Assembly (NCBI GenBank): GCA_964016885.1
Contig: OZ024755.1
Span: 3,720,001-3,784,000 of the forward strand
DNA from: Eledone cirrhosa
Lineage: Eukaryota
Length of the DNA stretch: 64,000 nucleotides
Direction: 5' to 3'
Part shown: piece after piece, positions 13,381 to 30,876 of the stretch
Numbering within the stretch: position 1 is the first letter of the stretch
Layout of the letters: the number at the start of each line of letters is the position of its first letter
Made by a program: the position numbers and the translations under genes
The notes under the pieces: generated by a model
The model's input: the letters and a program-made list of their open reading frames with translations, nothing else
Database searches by the model: none
Told to the model about the DNA's origin: nothing

Positions 13381-13874
13381 CTCTTTACACTGCAGAAAAT
13401 GGACAACATTTAATAAGTCTACAACATTTATAAAATATATTCATTGTCTATCATTGTTTTTTAGTAAAGAAAATAAATTCAAACAAAACAAAAAATAAAG
13501 TGAAATTAGGTAAAAATAATTCTTATAAATCTAATAAAGATTCTTTGAAAATGTTCTACATTTATATACATTTTTAATGTTTGAATAGGTTTATATGTTG
13601 TGGTAAAGATGTAAGTTTTAATATTTTAGAGAGAATAAAATAAGTATTTAATGTTTTTGACAGACTGACGTAAAGTTGAGTCAATAAACATAACACAACG
13701 TAACATAATATTAAGAAAAAAACACTGTAACTTCAAAATGATGAACTTCGAAACAATGTAAGCCGAGGTATACCTGTACAAGGTGAAAAACTACAGTAAT
13801 GGATTGAAAATGTTGAGGAATTTAATAATAATAATGGGTTATCTGACATGTCCAGCTATTTTAGCAACATTTGT

Positions 13875-14362
13875 GTATAATACTGCCCAATATATCCAGT
13901 TATGGATAGAACACTGTTTAACATGTCCATATATGGATATAACACTGTTTAACATATCAATCTATGGATATAACACTGTTTAACATATCAATCTATGGAT
14001 ATAACATTGTTTAACATGCCCATATATGGATATAACACTGTTTAACATATCAATCTATAGATATAACACTGTTTAACATATCAATCTATGGATAGAACAC
14101 TGTTTAACATGCCCATATATGGATATAACACTGTTTAACATGTCCACATATGGATGTAACACTGTCCAATATATCCATCTATGGATATAACACTGTTTAA
14201 CATGTCCATATATGGATATAATACTGTCTAACATGTCCATATATGGATATAATACTTTCTAACATGTCCATATATGGACATAACACTGTCCAATGTGTCC
14301 ATATATGGATATAACACTGTCCAACATGTCCATATATGGATATAACACTGCCCAACATGTCC
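13875..14362 (+). repeat. 31-bp minisatellite (~15 units)
   Basis: Unit TATGGATATAACACTGTTTAACATGTCCATA. Confidence 0.9.
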
Positions 14363-14461
14363 TATTTTAGAGTACGACATAGTAGAGATGAAGAGAACTG
14401 GAGAGGAAGATGTATTGGTGGATGTTTGATGGTGGAGGGTGAATACATCCTACTAGTTTAA

Positions 14462-15218
14462 CCCTTTACCATTTACATTATATATACTATTGTATTTTCA
14501 TGGTAAACGCTTTATCTCTATGAGATTTTGATATTATTTATTTTCAGAACAATACCTTAACCCTTTAATGTTCCAACCGACCAAAACCGGCCAGAATTCT
14601 CTACCCCTTTCTGTTCAAACTGGCTGTAACTGGTCACTCAAACTGGTGTTAAGGTATTGTTCTCAAAATAAATACTTTCAAAATCTCATAGATTCGATAT
14701 TATGAGACATAATTATGTGAGGTAAAGCCTTTACCATCAAAATACAATAGTATATATAGAGTAATGTAAATGTTATGTGAGATATTATGTGAGGTAAAGC
14801 CTTTACCATTAAAATACAATAGTATATATAGAGTAATGTAAATGTTATGTGAGATATTATGTGAGGTAAAGCCTTTACCATTAAAATACAATAGTATATA
14901 TAGTAATGTAAATGTTATGTGAGGTATTATGTGAGGTAAAGCCTTTACCATGAAAATATAATAGTATATATAGAGTAATGTAAATGTTATGTGAGATAAT
15001 TATGTGAGGTAAAGCCTTTACCATTAAAATACAATAGTATATATAGAGTAATGTAAATGTTATGTGAGGTAAAGCCTTTACCATGAAAATATAATAGTAT
15101 ATATAGTAATGTAAATGCTAAAGGGTTAACATCAGTATGAACAGCCAGTTATGACCGGTTTGAACAGAAAGACGTGAGATAATTCTGGCCAGATACAGCT
15201 GGTTTAAATGCTAAAGGG
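14462..15218 (+). mobile_element. piggyBac-type MITE with a nested inverted copy of its own family (14561-15125)
   Basis: The inner copy is flanked by TTAA and splits AACAATACC TTAA CATCAGTATG, which is intact at ~3576. The inner copy carries the 72-bp minisatellite. Confidence 0.85.
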
Positions 15219-15378
15219 TTAAAGGAAGGGCACTTGGTTGCTATAGCAGTTAGTAGTAGTATCTGTAGTAGTAGTAGTAGTAGTAGTAGTAACAGTGGCA
15301 GTAGTAGTAGTAGTAGATAACTATGACCAGTAGTTGTAAGAGAGACAGAGAAGTGAGAGTATTAGAGAGTGTGATTAT

Positions 15379-15560
15379 TTGGCAGTATTGGTAGAGTGTC
15401 GGACGCCATGCTTTGACGCATAGAGTTACGGCCCTTGCCATTGTGAGTTCAAATCCCGCCGAGGTTAACTTTGCTTTTCATCCTTATGGGGTCGATAAAA
15501 TAAAGTACCAGTAATACACTGGGTATTTGCTGGTCTTGTGCCTAACGTAGAAACAATTAT
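15379..15560 (+). mobile_element. SINE A
   Basis: Near full length match to family consensus. Confidence 0.9.
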
Positions 15561-15813
15561 AAGATGTTAAAGGGACATTCTTTGTCAATTAGTTCAATGG
15601 CCTTCTTTAGGATGTAGTGGAGAATATTTGTGTGTGTGTGTGTGAGTGACAGCAGAACCATCCTCTGTGTGCTTCTGTGTGCGTGAGAGAGAGAAAGAGA
15701 GAGAGATTGTCTGTGTTTATGTATGTGTAGGTGTGTATGTGCATGCATCATGTTTGTGTGTGTGTGTGTGTGATGAAATTGACATTAATAGAGACTCTGC
15801 AACTAATTAGAAC

Positions 15814-15966
15814 TTAATTAGTCAGTAGCATTAACTGACTCTGATTCAGAATAGAGACGTTGATAAAAACATAAAATATCTGATGATGATGATGATGATG
15901 ATATTGTGTATGCTTTTATGTATGCCTCTATTTTGAATCACACTGTGTTAATGCTCTACTAATTAA
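15814..15966. repeat. Degenerate inverted repeat around (TGA)n
   Basis: TTAATTAGT..AGCATTAAC..TGATTCAGAATAGAG versus CTCTATTTTGAATCA..GTTAATGCT..ACTAATTAA. Confidence 0.6.
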
Positions 15967-17146
15967 TTGTTTCTACTTTTGGCACAAAGTCAGCTAATGA
16001 TAAAATAAAATTATATTCTAAAAAAAAAAAAAAATTACCCCCCCCCCCCCTCCGAGGGGGTGTGGCTCTAAGCTATAGCTTATAGGTAAGGCCAGCACTG
16101 GTCAACCAGTACAGGTGAGTATATATCATTGAGGAGGTTAATAAGGCTGAAACACGATTGAAGTTGTCACTACAATTCCAAGATTAAACACCACCCACGA
16201 TTGTGTGTGTTACACAGGTTCAATTTTTAATTAAATTAAAATTTCTCGACTCATTACATTATATTAACAGCGAATTTAGCAGCTGTTGGAAAGCGTACTT
16301 GCTGTAAGTGTCAAATAAAGAGAGACGTCAGTTTCACCATAGCTATAGTACTAGTAGTAGTAGTAGTGGTAGTATTTGTTATTTACAAATGTAGGAACAC
16401 AATCTCACTGCCTGCTTATTAACGGCTATTGTTGTGTTGAGTGAAATTATTAATTGTTAGAAATTACAATTAAAAATTATGGCAGTTATCGGTGTTGATA
16501 TTAAAAAGGTAAATTTAATGAGTGCTTTTTCATTTTCAGAACAGCATTGAATTCGAATCTTTATTCATAATATCTGTAGGAATAAAAGCATGCAGAAGAA
16601 AACACGAAAATAACGGTAAATGCTGTATACGTTGTTGGTGTTAAGATACCACACCATGATGTATAATTAATGAAGTTATTATTGTTCTCGCAGACCTCAG
16701 TAGTAATATGACTGTTATTGTAACGACTCGAAAGGTATAAATGATGATGTTTTTTGTGTTTGTGTGTATGTTTTTGGTTATTTCATTAATAGCTAATTAA
16801 ATACAATTATTTCATAGCGCTTTGTGGTGGTTATGTAAAAAAAATAGGTTTATATGGGAAAAATTAGTTCTGAAAAGAAATATATTTAACGTTACGTGAA
16901 CATAATAAGACAGAAAGAACGAAACGGCTTTACAAAGAAAGTAATTACATTACTGTAATTTCTGGAAGAAATAGAATGTTTGTTATGAAGATTTCTAACG
17001 AAAGTACCGAAGAAAATAAAACAAACAAAATATAGACTTTCGTACGAAAAAAGTTGAATTTCTTAAATGTAAGAAATAAGTATATATTATTATTTTGATA
17101 ATTTTATATTGTGAATATTAAAAAAATAAACGAAATATATTTTTAC

Positions 17147-17265
17147 CGCTGTCAACAGTTGCTCGTCTAAATAGCAGCAATTAACACTGTCACCATACTG
17201 TTTGTATTTTGATTGCTGCTTAGTTACAAAGTGCTTGTTTGTACGAAACTAACATGTCTTATTGG
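17147..17265 (-). promoter_or_regulatory. Candidate TBC1D32 promoter and 5' UTR exon
   Basis: X-box-like GTAACTAAGCAGC (minus, 17215-17227), CCAAT (minus, 17261-17265) and donor G|GTAAAA at 17147. The coding exon has an acceptor just before its ATG, so an upstream exon is required. Confidence 0.35.
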
Positions 17266-17465
17266 TCATTTTTCTATATTGAAATAAAATATTCTTTATA
17301 ATCTTTGTAAAATATTTACTACTTAGGGAAATATTATTATATTTCAACTAAAAAACGTACAAATATATGGGAAACTTTTTAACTTGAGTAAGTTTGATAA
17401 CAATAGTTACTTCCCTTGAATTTGCTCAAAACTCGAACATTGCAGAGTCACTGTCGCGGGATGTG

Positions 17466-17783
17466 CGAGGGTGAGCTGAAAAGTTCATAGGCTATGAAGG
17501 AATGATGCTAGAGCTGTGAAGTTTTGAATGTATTCATTTCAATTCGTCTTATTAATAAATGTATTGTTTCTTTCAAGGAACACTGTTGAAAAATAAACCT
17601 CATTTGGTCATGCCATGAGAGTATCTTGGTCAACCGACCCTCGTATGTTGAAAAATAAACCTCATTTGGTCATGCCATGAGAGTATCTTGGTCAACCGAC
17701 CCTCGTATGTTGAAAAATAAACCTCATTTGGTCATGCCATGAGAGTATCTTGGTCAACCTATCAACTTTCTAGCCGACCCTCG
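17466..17783 (+). mobile_element. Mariner-type MITE with internal 63-bp tandem triplication
   Basis: TIR CGAGGGTGAGCTGAAAAGTT / AACTTTCTAGCCGACCCTCG|TA. Related copies at 57326-57673 and 23073-23146. Confidence 0.75.
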
Positions 17784-17953
17784 TACGCCTTTTATATTTA
17801 TTTACTTAATTCTTTAGTTTTACAGCACCATTAGTGTACGATGAGCTTGGCTGGTCTCGCTTGGTGATCCAGCCATGATCAGTCGGAGACGGTTGCTTCT
17901 GACAGGACCTGCTAGAAAGTGTTTGAGGACTCTGCCTACACGATCCTCTCAGG

Positions 17954-18231
17954 AAGGGGCCTCGTTTGCCTTAAAAATGTGAGGGGGACAAACCAACATT
18001 TGTTGATTCTTAAAGGAGCATAAATTGCTTATGGTGCCTTTCCTGGACCCTATCACATAAGGAACATTTTTCGCTAATTAAATTTTATATGTTCTAATGA
18101 AGTTCTGATATAAAAAAAAATAAGCTTAAATAGAATTTATTATATCAAATAAACAAAAAATAAAATATAGACGTTTGAAAAAGTGGGGGAGGGGGGTTGT
18201 CCCCTGGTACCCTCCTGAAACAAGGCCCTTG
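17954..18231 (+). mobile_element. hAT-type MITE
   Basis: TIR (C/A)AGGGGCCTCGTTT / AAACAAGGCCCTTG with a perfect 8-bp TSD CTCTCAGG. Confidence 0.85.
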
Positions 18232-18935
18232 CTCTCAGGAATAAGTGGACAATGAAGAAGAGAAAATATGTGACGAAACTGTTGTATAGGAGAATCTTTG
18301 TTCTGATACAAACGATACTAAATGATAAAAAAAATAACATACTAATATAATTTATATTCAGAAGTTAATGGAACAAAACTTAAACATTTAGTCTGACTCA
18401 CTACCACATCTGCCTTCCTTATCGATGTTCGATCTTCATATCGAATTTTATAAAGTCTCTTATAAACAAACAAACAAACAAAAATCAATTCTGTACAACT
18501 AGACATTATTTAAATTCCATGATATGCATCGTCTGGTAATTTTATCGCCAAATGGTTGAACAAAATGTAATAAAATAAATTCAGAATATAATATAATCCT
18601 GGAAAAATATAGAATTTCTTTAAAAGAACAAGAAAAATACTACACGTGAATTCAAAATCAAAATATACTTTAATTACAGATAATAAAATGTCATCTTATA
18701 TAATTAAAAGCAATGAAGTTTAGTGAGATGATAGAAACTGGTCATTGAAGAAAGAAAAATATATAGAGATTTTATTTTATTAGTTTTAATCTAGTTGTCA
18801 TTTTATGAACAAGATTCAAACATATTTATTCATCCATATGTACTTTTTGGTGATATATATTCTAAATGTGGCATATATTACAACACAAGGCTTGTAAACT
18901 TTGTAAATAGTTGTGTGTGCCTGTATATATATATA

Positions 18936-19120
18936 GGAAAAGAGTCAGGACCCCGACGGCTGAGCTCCGGCCGTTTCGACAGCGTTCAGAAATAGCTGTC
19001 GAAACGGCCGGAGCTCAGCCGTCGGGGTCCTGACTCTTTTCCTATAACCCACTCCACTACCCTAAGTATCGAGTACTCTGGTGCGTTATGGTCCACCTGG
19101 TTCCTTACCACACTTCCTTC

Positions 19121-19122
<2 letters not shown>
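18936..19122 (+). mobile_element. H1 copy
   Basis: About 48-bp perfect arms, GAAA at 19001, GTC at 19021-19023, shared tail, (TA)n flanks. Confidence 0.8.
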
Positions 19123-19165
<43 letters not shown>

Positions 19166-19172
19166 TTAATAT

Positions 19173-19219
19173 CAGGGACGTACGTTTCGTTGGGCCGGAG
19201 GGCCAACATGTTCAACCTG
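19173..19219 (-). ncRNA. Decayed minimal hammerhead motif
   Basis: Minus strand reads CAGG TTGAACA TGTTGG..CCAAC GAAA CGTACG TC CCTG. The CTGANGA box has two substitutions. Adjacent to (TA)n. Confidence 0.5.
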
Positions 19220-19320
19220 TGTTGATAGAAACGAACAGGAAAGGGAGATGATTACTGTAAAAAAAAAAAACAACTACTCAATAGGTTAGTATCTTCGATG
19301 GAAGGATGGCTCAAGAAGAT

Positions 19321-19460
19321 ATTCATTTTATTATTGAAGTGATTGATGTCTACAGGACTAGAACTGTTTCATTCGTAAGAAATTATCAAGAAATCCTGAT
19401 AATTACATACGAATGAAATAGTTCTAGTCCAGTGGAAGGAACTTCTATAATAAATTGAAT
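19321..19460. repeat. Inverted repeat with decayed hammerhead-like arms
   Basis: GGACTAGAACTGTTTCATTCGTA / TACGAATGAAATAGTTCTAGTCC; the right arm reads CTGATAA..GAAT GAAA TAGTTCTAGTC. Confidence 0.5.
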
Positions 19461-20784
19461 ACATAGCGAGCAGCGTAGCAAAATAAGTCGAGGTAGTGGG
19501 GAGGCCGCCTGCGTCAAAGATGATATTGCAAAATTAGCAACAGGTAAAAAAAACTATGTTGTCACCAGGCTTCGAAATAAAGGTACACAGTTTCGACTCT
19601 CTACCGACAGTACTGCTGGTCCATTCATGGGGATTGGGATGGGGTCTAACAAGGCAGTTAAATACTATCTTGAAGAATCTTACAAGACCAAAACAAAACA
19701 GAACTTACGCGAAATTTCATGGCGAGGACAAAGAGAAAAACCTAATATTTTCTCCAGAGTCTTTGTTGCTACTACATTCATATTTAACGTCTTACATTCT
19801 TCCACCCTGTCAGATGTTCTTTCCCATCCCTCAGATCAAAAATATCATAGACAATTCCATCTTTTCTCCAGCACAATGAGTAAAAAATTGCAATACTTAA
19901 CTGACATTGAAGAGAGAGAGAGAGGGAGAGAACAGTTTTGAAAATATTTTGATAAGTATTTGCAATATTGAAAGTATATAGGAATAAATGAACTGTCCTG
20001 TAGTTAATCACATCGGATAACATCATTTTAATGTCGTTATACTAAAAATCAATAGATTTAGGGGAAAAAAAACAGCAAAAAGAAGAAAAAAACTTAACTT
20101 TAGCAAAGTTTCTATGAATTGCTGTCTAAAGACTTTGCTGGCAATCTTTTCAATACCATTTTCAATACAGTTTGAACCACGCCTTCCAAGCTAATATTCA
20201 GCAAAGTAAAACGAATTGTAAAGAAAGAAAGAAAAGGTAAAATAAATCTTTAAGTCTTCTCCAAATACTAGACTGGATATTTGTCGTCTGCTTTACTTTA
20301 CAAATCAACATCTAGGTCAGCCATAAGGAAAATTAGTATGATATAGCGATATCGGGATTATATTTATAGAATTTTGTATAAAAGTTATACATGGGGGGTT
20401 ATAACTAACCATACCAATAGAGTAGGGTTTCCTAACATGGGCGTTATCGCCAACTGTTGGCTGAGCGATGAGTAACTGAACAAAAGATGGTGGGTGGCTG
20501 GAAGTTTTGATAGACAATATAGGATTTCGAATATTAAGAAGGTATTTCAACATATGCACCCCCCCCCCCACATACAAAAATCACATGGTGTTCAATTATG
20601 ATTGTATGTATGTATAGTCCCATAACTTCTGATAGAGTCGTAGCGGCGCTGTATTGACATACGGCATTTTGGGTGCATGTTTAGCCTAGCAGAACCCATC
20701 TCCTCTCCAAGCCTGAGTACAACAGATTTCTTCCAGAGAAAGATAGAAAGTGAGAGAGGAGAAATGAGAAAGAGATATAGAGGA

Positions 20785-20876
20785 AGAATCGACCCAAGTA
20801 CTAGACTGGTACTTTTTTTTATCGACCTTCAAAAAATATGAAAGGCAAAGTTGACCTCGGCGGGTTTTGAACTCAA
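20785..20876 (-). mobile_element. SINE A fragment (diverged)
   Basis: Central domain and B-box. Confidence 0.7.
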
Positions 20877-21180
20877 TTATGATTACTGCCGCAGGAAACT
20901 TTACCCGAGTGAGGAATTGAATACAGTGTTGCAGTCTAGTAAACGAACTACAGTGCTGCAATAACTTACAGATGTAAACCGTAATTCTTACTGTAGCTGT
21001 TTAGAACCAGATGGACTTAACTATTGAGAATTAAATATCTTGGCTATGGACATAACACAGCTTGATAGAACATGAGTTGCCAACTTTTTGACTGATTTCT
21101 TGGCATCTTATCGATCAGATCATCCGCTCTCAACATCAGCAGAAACTGTTTAATTGGCGAATGTTTTGTTGGTTTACAAT

Positions 21181-21497
21181 CAGGGCCGGGTTTAATGGGG
21201 AGCAAAGGGGGAAGCTTCCCCGGGCCCCCTACAACGGAGGGGATGGGGCGGGGGTGGTGGTGGTGCACCAGCGGCAGCCGTAGCAATTTATATGTGCCCT
21301 CAGCTGGGCTTTTTAGTTTTAGGATGGTTAGAATTTTTTAATACCTGTATGTATAACTTCTCAATTCCAATATTCTTGTGCCAAGCAAACTTATATACGT
21401 AAAATTGGGGAGTTTGCTGTGTATTCTAATTGTTTGAGTATGAGGGGTCCCAAAACCTGAAGTGACCCAGGTCCCCCAAAGTCTAGATGCAACCCTA
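21181..21497 (+). mobile_element. hAT-type MITE
   Basis: CAGGGCCGG start, TSD TTTACAAT/TTTACATT. Internal sequence shared with 33169-33435. Confidence 0.75.
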
Positions 21498-21836
21498 TTT
21501 ACATTATTGTTCCACCAACCAACCTAACTTACTGAGAAAATATATATGTGCACATGTCTGTGGAATACTCAGCCACTTAGGGGTTAATTTCATAAGCAGG
21601 CTGTTGATTGTTTCGAACAACTGGAACATACATTGACGAAACCGACGGAGGCCCATTCACTTTAATTGTTTACCTTTCAATAAATCAACAGTTTCTCAGA
21701 ATAAAAAAAAAACTTTGAAATACAGAACTGAGAAATTATGGTTTTGGTATGATGGGCGAATGTCTTCGACTATAGCTACCTGTTGACCATTCAGTGGGAC
21801 TTGGTCATTTGGTAGATAGAAACTGTACAGAACCCC

Positions 21837-21876
<40 letters not shown>

Positions 21877-21986
21877 TATATATATAGAGATATGAATTTT
21901 AATATACAATATTTTTATGCCTGGGGTTACTTTTCAACAGTCGATGGATATGAAGCAGTGGTGGAAATTCAGTGTAACAACACAAT

Positions 21987-22123
<137 letters not shown>

Positions 22124-22647
22124 TGCAGTCAATAAAAGAACAAGTTTTCATTCATACAGAACTCAATAATATATACGACCCGTTGTTGCATAACTAAGTC
22201 CAATACACACCCTCTCCCCCTACCCTCTACCCCTACCCTCTACCCCTACCCCAACAATTTACAATATATATGTTTTATATATTTTCATAAAGTTAAAATA
22301 TCTGATATTCAAAAAAAATATTACTTTGTATTTTTAAAGAAAACGATGATTATAGATGATTGAACATAAAAATACTTCCTGAGGTCATATCAAAGAATTT
22401 AATGATCTACCATTTTAGAGGATCAATTACAATATAGGTATTTATTGATATTAGATTCACTCAAGTAGTAAAATACCTTCCCAAAGGACAGCAATCATAA
22501 TCATTATTGATTGATTATATTTAAAGCTATAATTGTAGTTAACTTAATTTCTATTAGCGATGTTTAGGTAAGTAGCAAAGTAATCCCCATCTTAAGTTAT
22601 ATTACCGTAATAATATAATTTTCTGAGCCTCATTATTGTAATTATCA

Positions 22648-22769
22648 TGGCAGTATCGGTAGAGGGTCGGACGTCATGCTTTCCAGCATAGTTACGTCCC
22701 TTTCCGGTCTGAGTTCAAATCCCGCCGAGGTTAATTTTGCCTTTCATCCTTACGGGGTCGATAAAATAA
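22648..22769 (+). mobile_element. SINE A, 3' truncated
   Basis: Head plus central domain. Confidence 0.85.
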
Positions 22770-22824
22770 CATTAAGTTCTTGTCTGAATATGTCACTATC
22801 TGTAAACCAATTTTTGTATTTTTC

Positions 22825-23020
22825 TATTTTATCTGATGAGAGCGTACCAAAATGTTGGTACCTTTAAAATATATATAATAAAATAAAAATGTTTTTATAA
22901 AGATAGCTTCCATTTATTAATATTATTGATATTATACTCCAGAAGAAATTTGTTGAGTGCTTCTAACCTGTTATAAATTAAATTTGTTGAATAATCAACA
23001 AATTAAATAACTCATTGCTT
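22825..23020 (+). mobile_element. H2 copy with decayed minimal hammerhead
   Basis: TATTTTAT CTGATGA GAGCGTACC..GGTACCTTT AAAA TATATA TA ATAAAATA, with GAAA mutated to AAAA. Ends in (TA)n. Confidence 0.7.
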
Positions 23021-23442
23021 ATATATATATATATATATATATGGTTGCAAAAAAAATAAATATATATACTATTGTTGAAAAATAAACCTCATTTGGTCAT
23101 TCCATGAGAGTATCTTGGTCAACCTAAGAACTTTTCAGCCGAGCCACATACTTATACTTTCAAAATATCTTGGTTGAAAATAAACTTAGGTAGCGGCTTT
23201 TTTAGATTTTGGTAGCATCGGTACTGTCGGCGGCATCAGCAACTTCAAAGGGATACCGAAGCTGCAAATATGCCGCAGATCGTGTCTGTGTTATGTCAAT
23301 TACATCAAAAGAAACTTCTCCCCCCTCCCCCTCCTCCTCCTCATTCACAATAACAGCTTCAGATCTCCCCCCTTCCTCCTCTAGCCTTCCTCCGTTTCTT
23401 TTCCACACCTTCTCGTTATATATGCTACACACACACGACTCT

Positions 23443-23499
<57 letters not shown>

Positions 23500-23665
23500 A
23501 ATGAGTTATATGGTTTGTTTATTATCCAACAAAGTTAATTTTACAACAGATTAGAAGCACTCAGCGATTTTTATCTAGATTATCATTAATATCAGTAATA
23601 TTAATAAATGGAAAATATCTTTATATAAGCATATTTATTTTATTATACGTATTTCAAGGGTACTA
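23500..23665 (-). mobile_element. H2 copy, truncated in stem II
   Basis: Reverse complement of the H2 tail up to TTTCAAGGGTAC, (TA)n flanks. Confidence 0.65.
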
Positions 23666-23673
23666 ATATTTAA

Positions 23674-23715
<42 letters not shown>

Positions 23716-23717
<2 letters not shown>

Positions 23718-23879
23718 TAGGGTGTGGTAAAAACCAACTAGACCATAACCCACCATAGTACTCGATATTTGGGGTAGTAGAGTGGGTAATATGAAAAGAT
23801 TCAGAACTCCGACGGCTTCGAGTTCGGATCTAGCCGTCGAAACAGCCGGAGCTCAACCATTGGGGTCCTGAATCTTTTC
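23716..23879 (-). mobile_element. H1 copy (diverged)
   Basis: Reverse complement of the H1 tail and arms, between (TA)n and (CA)n. Confidence 0.7.
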
Positions 23880-24199
23880 ACACACACTCACACACACACA
23901 CACACACACATATATATAGTAAAAGACCGATAATTTTCAAAAAGCCAGTACAATGAGGTTGAAAATATGGAAGGCAAATGATGATATAATACAAAACAAA
24001 GTAATGTTTTACCCAGTATAGTTTAACATGATATTTCGGGGCTAAAACCCCCTTTTCAAATGTGAAGTTGAAAAATTTCAAAACTAAACCAAACGAACGA
24101 TTGAAGTGTTCTTCCTTAACTGGCCTACATGGCGGAGTATCACTATAGTATTCATTCTGCCTCGTGTATTTCTGATCTATTATTTATCCTTGGGTTTAG

Positions 24200-24778
24200 C
24201 TGTCGATAAAATAAAGTACCAGTAACGTACTGGGGTAATTACTGGCCTTGTGCCAATAGTAGAAACAATTATTTATCCTTGGTTTTATCCGAATTCTAGT
24301 TCAACTGGTTTATAATAGATGAACCATGCTATTTATAACTGAAGATATTCATGTATAGCTAGTCATTGACAAGCTCACATCCCGGCCAGGTTAGCTCTGT
24401 TTTTTCCTCCTTATAGGGTCGATAAAATAAAGTACCAGTAATACACTGGTCGATTTAATCGACCTTCTCTTCCCCCTTCAAACTGCTGGCCTTGTGCCTA
24501 AAGTAGAAACAATAGATACATCTTTCGAACACCCTTTTTTTAAAAGAATATTTCAACTAAGTCTATTTTTATCAAAATAATTGTTTCTACTTTTGGCACA
24601 AGGCCTGCAATTATCCCAGTGCATTACTGGTACTTTATTTTATATACCCCGTAAGGATGAAAGGCAAAGCTAACTTCGGCGGGATTTGAACTGAGACCAT
24701 AAAGGACCATAAAGGACCGTAAAAGACCATAACTCTATGCTGCAAAGCATGGCGTCCGACCCTCTTCCTATACTGCTA
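24200..24778. mobile_element. SINE A cluster: 24200-24270(+), 24375-24512(+, long tail), 24578-24778(-)
   Basis: Family consensus; the last copy has an internal GACCATAAAG expansion. Confidence 0.85.
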
Positions 24779-25017
24779 AATGCTCAACCGAGAGCGGGAC
24801 CATGGGGTGGACGGCAAGGAAACAACGTCTGTTTTCTATAGAGAGTTAATGGAAAGTTTTGAGCGATGATGGCCCGGAAGTGGCTCTGGGCACTGACGAG
24901 GACAGTGTCAGCTGATTCTATGGAGGGATTTCAGGTCAGGGATTATGGCTAATTGCCAAATATACCTTAAAATCACAAAGGGGACATTACCAGTCAGGGA
25001 CATACTAGGCGCGGAAA

Positions 25018-29615
<4,598 letters not shown>

Positions 29616-30107
29616 GCTGCCGGTCTTCCCGCTGCTATTACAGCCATACCAACACACGCAACAGTAGCATCAGTATCACCCCCCCCCCCCAGTCACCCCC
29701 CTCTCCTGTCAACACCTCACCCCGGCCCTCACCCACCCGTCTTCCCGCCCACCAACTGACACCCCTCTAGGTGTTTAGTTTGCACCAGGAATCAGTATTT
29801 TTATGTTTTAACCAAGTGGTAAAGGTGTTGGTCTTAACACTTAGGAAATGTCGAATTCTTTGTTGAGAAGATATTTGGACCCTTTATGACCCCTTATTAT
29901 ATTGTTAGGGACCTGTTATGTGTGATGTAGGAGTAGGGTTTAATAGTATAGAAAGAGAACATTGCAATAGGGTGTTGTTGATTGTAGTAGTATGTTGGTA
30001 AGAGGTGTCAACAGGACTATTGTAGTATATTTGGTGTCTTGTAGTAGTAGTAGTAGTAGTAATGTGCGGTAGTTTTGATGGAGTGATGGTGGTGGTAGTA
30101 GTAATGT

Positions 30108-30312
30108 CAGAGCCGGCGTTACTATTTAAGCCAACTAGGCAGCTACTTAGGGCGCAGGCCTGAGAGGGGTGTTATCATTAAGGTTAACCTGGCAGCTACC
30201 TAGGGTGCAGACAACAGAGAGGTGCCACCGTTAAGACAAACTAAGCAACCGTCTAGGACGTAGAGCCCAGAAAGGTACCACCGTTAAGGTCAACTAGGCA
30301 GCCACCTAGGGC
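30108..30312 (+). mobile_element. hAT-like end with ~54-bp subterminal repeats, cut off by a SINE
   Basis: CAGAGCCGGC start; AACTAGGCAGC(T/C)AC(C/T)TAGGG about four times. Confidence 0.5.
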
Positions 30313-30640
30313 ACAAGGCCAGCAATTATCTCAGTGTATTACTGGTACTTTATTTTATCGACCCCTGAAAGGATGAAATGCAAAGTTAACCTCGGCGGGA
30401 TTTGAACTCAGACCAATAAGGGCCGTAACTCTTTGGTGCAAAGCATGGCACCCGACCCTCTACCGATACTACCAATCCACCGCCCTTCTCTTTAATAATT
30501 GTTTCTACTTTTGGCACAAGGCCAGCAATTATCTCAGTGTATTACTGGTACTTTATTTTATCGACCCCGTAAGGATGAAAGGCAAAGTTAACCTCGGCGG
30601 GATTTGAACTCAGAATGGCAAGGGCCGTAACTCTATGCGT
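30311..30640 (-). mobile_element. Two tandem SINE A copies
   Basis: Copies at 30311-30486 and 30497-30640. Confidence 0.9.
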
Positions 30641-30670
30641 CTCTTTAATAATGTGTTCTGGTTTTTGTAT

Positions 30671-30876
30671 AACCCTTTTGTTACCAATTCGACCAAAACC
30701 GACTCTGGGTCTATGAAATAAAGTCACCCATTTTAAAGGTTTACAATTTAAATTAAAATCTTCCAATATAATTTTATGTAAGAACCTTACATTACGTTAC
30801 TATTTTAGTAATGAAATAATTAATAATTAATAATTTAGAGTGTATTTCATTAGAAATGCAGTCATGAAAGGGTTAA
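30671..30876 (+). mobile_element. Second piggyBac-type MITE (related inverse copy at ~40095-40333)
   Basis: TAACCCTTTTGTTACCAA ... GAAAGGGTTAA. The 40200-40333 region is its reverse complement. Confidence 0.65.

Noticed and set aside
24893-24925. CTGACGAG-GAC..GTC hammerhead-like start
   Set aside because: No GAAA box or stem III follows.
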